This document shows, piece after piece, positions 12,601 to 24,595 of a stretch of DNA of 64,000 nt. Every line of letters starts with the position of its first letter. Position 1 is the stretch's first letter. A program made the translations under genes and the position numbers. Location: the NCBI RefSeq assembly GCF_037042905.1, contig NC_087245.1:14076001-14140000 (forward strand), written 5' to 3'. The DNA is from Lytechinus pictus. Its lineage: Eukaryota. A model generated the notes under the pieces. That model was not told the origin of the DNA. It worked only from the letters and a program-made list of their open reading frames with translations, and made no database searches.

Positions 12601-15391
12601 TGGAAAGTTATTGGAACATTGTTAACATTTTTCTGCGATGAGTTTTATGTACTTGTCTCTTTTCTTAACTTCTTTTCAAAATATTTGCATAATATGTTCT
12701 TCACAAAAGATGATAAAATGGGATATCATTGGTATATAAGTGTTATTTGTACTTTTTCCTCTCATCTAAAACCATCGCTCTTGTCATTTTATTGGATAAC
12801 GGTGCATCGTTTCATGAATTACAATAATTATTTCTCTCCCAAGAAATGAACAAGAGAAATTGGCAATCTGGCATTTGTGAGTTAGAACTAGACAAAAATG
12901 CCTAATTCATCTTCATTCAAAATGCATTAAGTTATACATGTATCTCAACACAAAACATTTATGTGCTTGAAATCATGTTTATGTTTGTTTAAAAAATGTT
13001 ATCAGGTTAGCAGCAGAAACTCAATGGTGTCGGTCTTAATTGAAGAGAAATATCATTATGATAAGTTACAGTTTTCTTGTGGTATATTGCATTTTAAGTA
13101 TTCAGAAATGAATGTGCTTGGAGCCATGTGCTTGAAGAATAAAAAAATTATTGAATAAACTAAATAAATTAATTATAAATTCATGAATGAATGAATAAAT
13201 GAATATGTAGGCATAAGTGAATAAGGAGATATGCTTAAGAAGATAACTATACAAATATTAATAGATAATGAACGAATTAAAATGACTTGTATCCATTGAC
13301 ATCTACATGTTAATGTCAACAAGTCTAGTCTATTTTCATGTAATAAAGAAATGGATATAGGCATATACTTCAATTTCCAAATTTACATCATCATTGTTTA
13401 CAAGAGAAATAATAAGATAGTGAACCTACGTTGTGAACCCTCAGTCTTCCACACACATTATTCACCCAACCCCTCTCATTCCCCATCGCTCTCCCGACTC
13501 AATACACATTCAGCTGGAAACTCATCAGATATTGCAAATTTCTCCCAAATTGGCTCATTCCTGTTCAATGACACTTGAGAGTACTTCAGAGTGAAAGAGC
13601 CTGTTTCTCATGGACGTGATTCTAAATAATTCCCTGCAATACTGGGGGAGAATGAACCCTGTTGGTTTTTTTTATGTTTCATCATCACAAAAATATTGTG
13701 TTTTCTTTTCTTCATGAGCAGGAATTAGTGCTGATGTATCGTTGATTAGAGGTGGATGTGGATAAATGGGTAGACAAATAAAATGAATTTCTGTTTCATT
13801 TTATTTATTTATTATTTATTTTTATTTTAGAGGATATTAGCTGAATATTTTTTCTTTTTTCATGTTTAGATCAGCAAAAAAAAAACTATCCCCAAGAAAA
13901 ACTTGTTGTATAGCAATGACAACAACTTCAACAACAGTAAAACACCAAAAACATGATAGGAAACCATGTTAAGCAGGAACTTAAAATGCCTATACTGTAG
14001 GAAAAATAGAATATAAACTAAAGGTTACACACACAAAAATATTCAATAAACTGAGATGATAATAACCACTGCAACTTTTATCTCATGAAGTCTATGGTAT
14101 AATCAAGATGCTTTTGAAACTTGAAAGTATGAACACACTCCAGAAGTATTTAATATTGGTTCCCTGTAAATGGGTCACAAATGTTTTTGTGGTTTGTGTT
14201 ATTGCTAGTGTGAAGGAATGGGCAAAGTAACAGATTTGTATTCTAAAATGAAAAGGATAAGGAAAGTGGACTGGAGCAATATCCCACACTGAAGGGCAAA
14301 AATTGTAAAGAAAAAATAATCTCTTCTCACAAATAATGAAGTATTATTGTCAAATGGAATTAGAATGAAAACTTTCATCATAATTTACTTCCAATCTTAC
14401 TTCCTACAGTCAATTCTCATTTTCTCGGATATTCCTGAATTTCATGCTTTTCAGGCAAATTTATTATTCATAAGCTATTTTCATAGTGTATATCTCCTTT
14501 CAAATATCTACTAGTCCTTGGATTTTGCTTTCTCTGTGTCCCAATCTGATAATATAGGTTATATACAGTTCAGTGTGGGTATGGGATTGAATGACATGAA
14601 TACAATAAACTTAGAATCAGCAGTACTGCCACTGTGAAAGTATCCAGTAATTGTTCACTCATTTATGAACCTAACCCTTTCCACATAATGGATTTCGTAT
14701 TCATTTAATTTCATTGGCACCTTACAAAATGGACCATAATATTTCCCTTTTCATTAATGACTTTATTCCTTGTCTTGTTATGACCCAATCAAAGAACATA
14801 TGACGAAAAAGTACTTCATGTATTAATGTATTTTGTACATGGTTCAAATAGTCGTCGACTCATCGTAATGTGGAACGCTTCATTTGTGTATTGATTTAAA
14901 TTGAGTGATAGCTTGAGTGGAGCTGAATGCTACAAATCAAGCGTGATATAATCTCTTCCCTATATGGGATAAACATAGAACAACTACAGTAAACCTAAAC
15001 CATAATTATAACCAACACCTCCATGTATGCGGCAAGTATTATTGTGTTAAAGTGGGATGAGCTTATTGAAGGTGTTATTTATCTGGATAGAGTACATTTT
15101 GATTACATTGTATCTCCTTGGGATATTCTCCATCATTGTGGCCACTATCATTTGATTTGATTGGGATTTGGATTGAGAGTATGCACTATGCAGTAATGGC
15201 TTTTGTTGGTTGAGTTGAAATTGAGTGGGACTGTAAATTCAGTAGGTACCGGTATGTTTTAGTATTAAGATCTATTTTGAAATTATTTATTTATATTTGA
15301 TGAATATTTATTTGAGAATAGATAGACATGGATTACTATCCCATGCATGCATTTGGAAATCATTCAGAACAGAACAATTGTATAATCTTTA

Positions 15392-15564
15392 CCAGGTGGG
15401 CTTTTCATAAAGCTGTTCGCAAGCTACAATGACTGGTGATCCTTTCTTGTGATAAATGATAAAACACACCATATTTTCATCAGTATTGATTTAGTTTCTA
15501 AGAAAGGATCACCAGTCGCTTGCAAGGTGGTTTGAAACTTACAAACGGCTTCATGAAAAAAACC
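15392..15564. mobile_element. Short palindromic MITE-like element
   Basis: Perfect 18-bp IR gactggtgatcctttctt (15431-15448) / aagaaaggatcaccagtc (15500-15517) inside an outer tttcataaagctgttcg / aaacggcttcatgaaa IR. Confidence 0.65.
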
Positions 15565-15891
15565 AACAGCTCTTGTGGAAATGGGCATTACTTAAAGTTG
15601 TCTCATTTGGATAGTGTTTGGAGATTGCTTGAATGCACTTGTGTTCATGCTTCGAGCAGATTGATAAGATTTGTAGAATCACTGTAGTGTGTATGTATCG
15701 CAATCACATCTTCATTATACGTTTTCATCTGTCTCCCAAGATAGAGGAAGGCGTCAAAGATTATGGGGAGGAAGAAGGGAGCCAAATAATCTAGGCATAA
15801 TCAATGGTAGGGGAGGGAAGGGAGAGATAGATATAGATACAGAGAGAGGGAGAGATATATAGATGAAGAGAGAGAGAGGAAGGTAGATGCG

Positions 15892-16380
15892 AGGTGGTTT
15901 CAGAACTTTCAGACCGCCTCGAAGTTCATCAGTTCCAGGTATTTTCTGATGGGGAAATTAACCTTGATAAAAAAAATACCAGGTATAATTTTGGCCGTGT
16001 GAAAGCAACTTACGCTTAATATCTTCAAAAGTCAATACCCGCTAAATAGTGGGTACTTGTCAAAATTACGAAAACTTTCGCGGGAATTTTTCCAAGGTCA
16101 CAGGTATTTTGGCAATGTGAAAGCAAATTACAAAAACTTTTAGCCCAGCGTATAGTTGGGCGCGGGCTCCGTGGGTGGCTGCTGTGCAAGCAATTTTAAA
16201 TTTTGCGCCTTGCTTTCTTATCAGACCATACTGCACATGCTCGTAACTTCATTAACTTGTCCCGAAGGGTATGTTTCGGGGCGGTATGAATGCAGAAATA
16301 ATTAAAGGGTATTTTTTAGCCTGAAAAAGTTCTTGTTATTTAACCGGGATTCTTGTGATCGAGGTGGTTTGAGATCACCT
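15892..16380 (+). mobile_element. Harbinger-like MITE, copy 2 (more diverged), inserted in a GA-rich tract
   Basis: Colinear with 6221-6698 along its length, same orientation; small duplication in left TIR. Confidence 0.85.
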
Positions 16381-19300
16381 ACAGAGAGCAGTCAAGAGAG
16401 ATAAAGAGAATGTGATCATGGAAAAAGGAAGGGAGAGGAGGAGGGAGGAGGAGATAGAATATTAAAGGAGTGATATTGAAATAAAATGTGTACATCAAAT
16501 GTTCGTTAGAAATATTGTTTTTTTGTGGGGGGGATTGGACAGATGGGTCAGCTGAATACAAAACTATTAGACAAAAACACAACTATTATCTGGTCACATT
16601 TGAACAGAATACATTGATTTCTGACTAGATATGATATGTTTGTTCATGGACCTACTACTCAGAGTAGTAGGTCCATGGTTTGTTCCACCCAGCCGAGCCA
16701 TGTATAATAAACTATAATTTTCCCAAATTATTTGAAAGTTTATTTTTTTAGGGTACAGAGGAGAACAAAATTTGTACAAACATTTGTATTAAAACAGGAG
16801 TATTATGTTTTTAGATATTGATGTGCAATGGAATGTGATATGGTACTTGCCTTCTGGCATTTTGTTGTAAGGATGATTGCTCATAGTTGGTTCCATATCA
16901 TCATTCCTGTACATGTATTTCAAAGGTCTGTTTTAATCATAGCGTCTGGAAACAGTCATGTGGTCTCGTTAACAACAACTGTGCATCAGTTGTAGCAAAT
17001 GTTTTATCAATTATCACTAGAATTATCATAATTACAGGATCATCAGCATTGTCTTCTTGACATAACATGAATGTGAGAATATATTACATGTATCCTACAG
17101 AGCAAGAAAATATCTGTAAAAAAATCCTCATGTGTATTGAATATTTTTTTGCATTGCTAGCAAAAGGGTGTGTTGAATACTGTGTTGCCAAAATATAGGA
17201 GTTTAACTGTGCACACATCATGGTCATGTTAATGCGCATCTGCCGACTATGTGATGATGTAAGACAATTGTGGTGTATGAAGGTGTTAAAAAGATAGAAT
17301 CATGGTTGTTTATCATGATTTTACTTTATGATTTTAAGTACCTCATTAGATGATTAGGCATCTGTGATCGATTATAATCATAAATGTAAATTTCTATCTT
17401 ATATTGCATACATCGTCAGGACTACACATAAAATTTCAAAATAAGATTAAGAATGTTCATGATCTTTAAAATGTTACTGTCAGCCCCTTATATTTATGCA
17501 TTTTGAAGATGAGCACCAACACTGTTATAGCAAACCCAAAGACGTTATCCTGCCAATTGTTGCATTCTCAATCTTTGGTACACCTCAAGACAGGTTGCTG
17601 CTTTTATCCAGGGTTGAGTACCTGGTGATTGAAGCAAATCGTCCTTCGATATCCTTATTTTAAAACCACCTTCACCTTAAGATGGCACATTATCTGGGGG
17701 GGGGGTGGGAGGACCAAGGTATTTTACTTTGCATCATATATCTCAAAGGCTTATGCTTTTATCCTTGACTTGAATGCATCATGCTTTTATTTCAGCAGTT
17801 GCCATGGTCTAAATCTTCAGACTGTTTTGCATTATCGACAAAGGGAATAGCACTAAGCTGCCCAGGGGCAGACAAGGGCCTTGTTTCAGGGACAGATTGT
17901 CTCTTGACCCAGGCTTGTCCAAAATTTGTTTAATCATGCACTTGCCTGTGATTGTAATGAAAGAAGGAAGAATTGCTTGCCTGAATTTTCTTATTCTACT
18001 CACCCATCCATCTCATGAGTTACTATGTTAATATCTACTGAAGATGAAAGGTGTGTCAATGTCTTTTTTAATACCCCCCCCCCCCATCATGCCCACAATG
18101 ACCCCCTCACATTCTCCATCTGAGTTATTCAAGTCCTCTTTACAAATATATGTACAGTGCATGTGCCTACAACTTACAATGTAATTCACCACAGCGAGAA
18201 CAGCAATAAAAAATGAACTGAAATGATATCTCAAAACCATAATCAGCATAGGTACAGTATTGATTCTCAATAAATGGCTATTCAGTACACAACAAAACTG
18301 GTTATGCTTGCATTTTTGCTCTGGTTTTAGTTAATTCCTTCACAGTCATGACAGTGATGGCTCTTATTAATGGAACATTATCTTGTCATTTGCCCAGGCT
18401 ACTGCAGCTGTGTAAGCGAATTTAGAAAGCAAATCTGAGGAATACTTGGAGATGTATTATGAATCTTTATCATTCTGTTCAGTGTTAGGGTGAATGTCAT
18501 GAGATTCCTATACAATAAAGCACCTTTTAATATTTCATAATCTTGAAGATTATTAATTTCAAATTTAAAATTGTCACTCAGATCAGATGAAATGAAAGAT
18601 TATGTAATTAAACTCATGTGTGAAAGATTTGGGAAATTTATATTTTAGTTCAAACAATTTCTTTTTTCTTTTAGATATAATACACTTCTAAAGCACAAAC
18701 TTGGACCCTTCCCCTAAATCATCATACAATTTTCTGATATAAAGTAACTAAACCACAACTAGTTAATAAAGTGTCAAAGGGTTATATTTTCAAGAGAGGG
18801 CTCCAATAGTCAAATTCAAATATTCACAAATGAAATGATCAATGATAATGGTAATTACAGTTTGGGAAGCTTTCAATGCAAAAAATAATAGTCTTATTTA
18901 ATTATAATTTTGTTTAAATGAAAACATTTGAAAATCTTTAGCAGCAAGTCAAATGCTACATGTATCATGCGATGTACTCTGTCACAATTCACAATTGTGT
19001 TTACTTGTACAATATACTGCTGTAGACAATGATTAGCTAAGAAATATTATTTCATGAATAAGGAATCACATTGAATTCAAAGTGAATGGTATTTAACATT
19101 TTTTTTACTGGATCCAAGTACTTTTAATTTCAGTTGTTATTTTATTATTCATTTTGTTTTTTACGATCAGAGCAGATATTGTATGTTGTGTGTAGAGTCT
19201 CATTAATGATTAGACACCTTTGTCATGAGAAATTATAGATGGGGCAACCAGGTTGATTATGCTAATGAAAGGATTAGTTGAAGTGGTTATGTGCTATTAG

Positions 19301-19449
19301 CTAATTACAGCAATGCCCAATGAATCATGAAGAAATCTCTTCCAATGATTAGAATACAATAATACATGTAGAAAATTTATTTCAACATACATGTACATGT
19401 AGCCTAATAAGCTCATTAATCTTAATGAGAATGTAGTTGTTGGTTTTTA

Positions 19450-19696
19450 TTAACTCTTTGCACACTGAATTAATTTTGGGGGGATAATAATGACAATTGT
19501 TTCCATGTTATTTTCTTTAATTCAAGATTTCCATATTGCACCATTGATACTTATCATTATTATATAGATATTATCCAAGAACTATTGCCTTATATTAGAT
19601 TATCTAATTTGAAGGTAGGGAAAAAATTTTTATTAAGATTGTTGAATTTAATTGTATGAATGTCCAAGATTGCAACATCAGCGTGCAAAGGGTTAA
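19450..19696. mobile_element. piggyBac-like MITE
   Basis: TTAA-CTCTTTGCACACTGA ... TCAGCGTGCAAAGGG-TTAA: TTAA flanks with C(C/T)C termini. Confidence 0.7.
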
Positions 19697-20268
19697 AAAT
19701 CAACTAATGAATTTTCGTCTGTAGGGTCCATGGTTATTGTCATTTAACAAAAAAAAGAAAGGCAGTTTGCACAATTATTTTCCCAAGTCTTCATTTTTAT
19801 CTCACTTATTGTGGTTTGGGTGTTTGCTTTGTGAATACACACTAGATGCACAGAGAAAAGGGAATATCTATTATACACAAAGAATATTTATATCAACAAC
19901 AAAGGATTTATAAAATAATCTTTTGAAAAGGGGTTTAAAAAAAACTTAATCAGGATAAATTTTCCTTGGAACAATAATGGAGAAGTGGAGGACAATTGAA
20001 GATAAGGGCAATTGAAGGTGATGACTTAGTGACCTCTTACAATCTGAAGATAATTAATTGATAATTGAATCTTATTCCTACAGTTTAAAGAGAGCATGAA
20101 TAGAATTGAAAGTCAAGCATTGTATTTTTGGAACAAAGAGGAGGAGGACGAGAAGAAGAAGCAGAGATTGTAGCATGAGAACAAGTACGGAGAAGGAGAA
20201 GTCATTTCATGATCTGCATGCCGATGAAGAGATTGTTGACTTGTACATTTACAGAAACAAATCGTCAC

Positions 20269-20670
20269 TTAAAGAGAAATTCCAGTAGTTGCAGTAAACA
20301 CTGATTTCATGAGAAGTCTGTAAAACCATGCTTAATTGTCAGTATATCATCGAAGATCTAGATCTGGTACAGTTACATAAACTGAACTTTGTGAAATCTT
20401 GAAATCTACGCTGAAAAATGTTCAGACTGAACTTCCCCAACACAGATAAGCGCACGTGGGACTGTGTATAATTATTGCTTTGAGCGTCGGGCCCGACGCT
20501 CTACCCGAATCCTGTGCTTATTTGCTGATTTCTCAGCAATTACACAATTTCTTCCAGGATCCTTTGGCACATGCGTTTTATTTATACAAACAGACACTTT
20601 GGTGGTCATTTCATTGGATTCTGTACGAACTCATTTTGATATCGTTACCAAAACTAGCATTTACCTTTAA
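20269..20670 (+). mobile_element. TTAA/AG-terminal MITE family 3 (Kolobok-like), copy 1
   Basis: TTAA-AGAGAAATTCCAGT ... ACTAGCATTTACCT-TTAA; left half nearly identical to 46898-47299. Confidence 0.88.
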
Positions 20671-21884
20671 ATAACTATTTTATTTGGTTTAATACATTGC
20701 CTTCATGTATCAATGTAATGTTAGAAGATGTTGAATACAGCTTCAATGCAATCTATCCATTCTCTAATTCCCTTGCTGATCGGGTATTGAATAGCAGAAG
20801 TTTAGTTATGTAACAAACTATGCCCTCCTTCCCTTGGGTCAGAAAGAAAGTAGAAAAAACGGTAGGTTTGTGAGAAAATGTGTTGAATATTGTTAATTTG
20901 AACAAAGTCCGTACGTTTGTTCTAGATTAGGATTGTATTACAGTATTTTCTTGTGCAAATAGCTGTACGAAACAGTTTAGAAATTCAGAGAGGAAAAGAT
21001 TGATTATTAAAGATATATAATGTCTAGAAAGGAGAAAAGCACAGTGAACCTGTGTGAAAGTTTTCTGCCAGGTTTGATTATAAATATAAGCAACCTTTCT
21101 GCAGAGGCATGCTGAAAATGGCCTTCATTCAAGTTCATCACATTTTGTGTGGTAGATTTCAAACCTCTAGAATATTTTCTTTATTTTCTTATCGTTTGTT
21201 TCCCCTTCAAATTAATGGCATGCAATGATTTAACATTTGTGGCAGATCATTGAGAAGATTATACATTATACAATTGTTATCATTCAAGAAATGTAGGCAT
21301 ATACACTCTCTTTGAAAAGGAAGGCACAATAGGCTCAACACTTAGAGAAAAAAAATCTTTATGAAGGTGCATTTTTCTTCAGATTTTCACATCAATCATT
21401 TTAGAATTCAATGTCTTGACCTGGGGCGTTCTTGGAGAAGGATTTTAAGTCGAACCAGACATTTAAATGGAAATTAGGTTTCTTACAGCCCTGGATACAT
21501 CAATCAAGATATGACATTGTAACAATGGACTGATAATAAAGAAATGGAAACATTGAATGAATGAAAAAAAAAGAAGTGGAATATGTCAATATCCCTTTCT
21601 CACCACTATCAAATTAAGGCTGCTTCTGGGCCGATTTTAACCAGTTGCAAGCCTTTCACCTTGTCGTCAAGATTAGGGATGGTCTAATTTTCAGGCTGGC
21701 CCTAGCACTTTCACATTGAAAGTAATGTGTTGGTCGTCCTTAGTCTTTCACTATGCATTCATCATTACTGACCTATTTTGTATGTACTAATTTCCACCAA
21801 AGTTAGGCAGCTCCTGGACTGGGTCACCCTAATGATATAATCCTTTACTCAGCATATATTTCTCCACTATGAACAATCTTCTTC

Positions 21885-22581
21885 AATTCATCAGTGATTT
21901 TACGAACCGGCTCAAACCTAATTTTCAGTCAATTTTTCTAAATTTTATTTATTTTCGCATATTCTGAAAGCCCGTGATTCACTCTATTGATTTGCCAAAT
22001 TTCAGATCAAAATTTGTATTATATAAAGAATAAGAGCATATTTAATTAATTTACGAACTGGCTCAACCCCCTTCTTTGATTTTACGAACTGGCTCAGTAC
22101 CATACTTTTGTGTACTATAAAGTCTCTGGAATGGCACGCTCCGGTCAAAGACCCGACCTAGATGCTGCGCGTATGTGCTTTGTGCAGGGTTAGTGCCTCT
22201 AAAAAATCATGTGCATGGCATGAATAATTTACGAACTGGCTCAAACCGTGGTTTGTGACGCTAAAAATCAGTGCGCATGGTAGGATTGATTTTCGCATTG
22301 GGCTCAAACCCCCTGTTTTGGGGAAAAATTAGCAGCTTCTAAAATGCATACATGCACTTTTCAAATATTGAGAGAATGAATACGAATTGCGGACAACATT
22401 CTGCATATTATAAAAGAATAGAATGTATGCTTTAAATTGGTATAAATATTGATTTGGTTTAGTTCAAAGCATGAAGTTATGAGGGTCTGATAAACATTCA
22501 AACTTTGAACGCGATTATTTAAAATCATGTTTTGGAGACCTGCCGTGGTTTGAGCCAGTTCGTCAAAATCACTGATGAATT
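21885..22581. mobile_element. MITE with ~30-bp TIR and AATT flanks (Sola1-like AWWT target)
   Basis: AATT-CATCAGTGATTTTACGAACCGGCTCAAACC ... GGTTTGAGCCAGTTCGTCAAAATCACTGATG-AATT; tttacgaactggctca repeated internally at ~22049, 22081, 22228. Confidence 0.85.
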
Positions 22582-24404
22582 ACCTTGTGGGAAGAGGAGG
22601 AGAGAGGAATATTTGAATATCAACTTTTATTAAATTGATGGAGTTTATCCGTTGTGATTTCCATAGATTACCAGTATTATGAAATGGGTGTCTTTTGTCA
22701 AAGAAGTCTGAATACAATTTATTTTCACACTTCCAGAGTACCAGCCAAATGTGAAAGGCTATTAAACCACTCTTATTTTTAACCTGCAACCTTTGTAAGT
22801 ATTTCTTTGGTTTTAAAAGCTGGAGTATGTCCCTCTCTGTGCCATTGTTATTGTCTCTATCTCTCTCTATTTTTGTTTTCATTTAGCAAGTTCTGCTCAA
22901 TTATTACAGACCATTTTGATAACACTATGGATATGGGAGAAGGCATGTACTTTTTCACCAAAACTTCTGTGATGGTTGGTTCGTTTCCATTTCATAATGG
23001 TACTTTTACAACCAATTAGTAAGAGCTGAATATTTGTTTAGGATTGTCATCTCCATTAATGAAGTCCATTGTATTTGAAACCATTTTGGTTCACTGATGA
23101 TTCGATGTGTGTTGCTGAGTAATTTAATTGGTTAAAACTGTCATGTAACTTTCTCTTCATGACCAATGAAATGAAAGGGAACTTAGAGAACAATGACCAA
23201 TTACCGACACAGACAAGTGAGCTCGAAAGCTGAAAAAGCTCCCAAAGAAAGTTATTTTGGTTGAAGGGATTCATTATTTCTGACATATTGGCATTGTTGC
23301 ATTCAAATTGTGTGAAGTCTTGTTTGGATGTTGAGCCCCTTCTTGGTCCACTTGGCGTTAACGAGTAGGTGTCAAGCCTGGTGTTGTGTTTGCATTGAGT
23401 TCTATGGCATTGCCTCTGTGACTCAGTGTTTGTCCCTAACACATTGGTTAAGTAGCTGAGCATACATGACAAAATGAGTGACTCCTGTTTCAGACTGTTC
23501 TCCAAGCAGAGGAGATAGTCTCTCTTGGTCTTCTTTTTAACCAACCTGCACCCTTTTCTTTCTCCAGACTGTTGTCTGAGGGGAGAGACAGTTTCTCCTG
23601 ATCAAATTTTAAAAAGTAAATTGTAATTACTACATTTGAGGGGTGATTCTTTGAAGTGTGGGGAGTTCCCCCCCCCCCTCAGAGAACAGTCTGAAGTTAC
23701 ATGGTATATTTGAGTAGGGGGTAGATGCTATTGCTGAGAGGAGTTAAGAAGCTCAAGCTCTATATTCTCTCTACCTGTCTGAAGAGTTTATTTGAAGAGC
23801 TTTAAAAAGACACAGGCATAAATCTCCCCATCCCCTGTGTGTACAATTTCAAAAGTTGAAAGATGATGTTTTTGTTTGTTTCATTTCTTTTGATGATTTT
23901 TTTTCATATAATTCATCTCCAGCAAGGTTGCTGCTTTGTTTATCGAGGAGATATTGAGTTATTTGCACTTTATTTCATTCTTATTCAAAGTTATCCCTTA
24001 TAGTTAGGAAGAAAAGGAATGGAATTGATAGTTTTGTTGTGCAATCTGGTCGACATTTTGCTCTGAATAGATCGTATGTCCTGATGTGGTTTGGGATGTC
24101 TGAAACCACATATGAGATTGTTTCTCTCCTTCCAGTCTCTGTACTCTGCTTCTCCTCATCCATTTCATGTTTTCGGCTAAGATGAATAGATGGTACATGT
24201 TGCTTTGCTGTTTATTTTTTTTTTCAATATTAAAAAAAAAAAAAAACCTATCTGAATATGCTGAATTACAGTAGTATATAGTATGTGACTTTGGAATTAG
24301 TGGCAATACACATATAGATTTATGTGTTTATGCTAGCTAATGATAGGATACTGGTTGGGGCTTTTGAATTTTGGCAAATTGATTCCAACTGGCTAAGCAG
24401 GTAC

Positions 24405-24595
24405 TACCAGCGAGTGACCTTGTGACCGCACCATGGCAATTATCCGCATTATTTGGAAATACGTTCATAAACTCAAAATCTTGTCCCGATGCTGCTATTA
24501 TGCGGATAATTGCAGCATCAAAATAATGCGGATAACTCTGGTCCTCCTCCGATTTTACGACCAAATTATGCTGCTATTAGCCGCATAAATGAGTC
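24405..24595. repeat. Repeat fragment with iterated (ta)atgcggataa / atgctgc motifs in both orientations
   Basis: ttatccgcatta, ttatgcggataa and taatgcggataa; near-palindrome gatgctgctattatgcggataattgcagcatc. Confidence 0.5.

Noticed and set aside
20084..20268. Extra trio coding exon after cttattcctacag
   Set aside because: Phase-0 frame stops at 20171 (TAG), no Trio-like peptide in other frames, and no clear donor before the MITE; a non-coding exon cannot be excluded.
23056..23544. 162-aa minus-strand ORF as a nested gene
   Set aside because: Non-ATG start, no recognisable domain or supporting exon structure.
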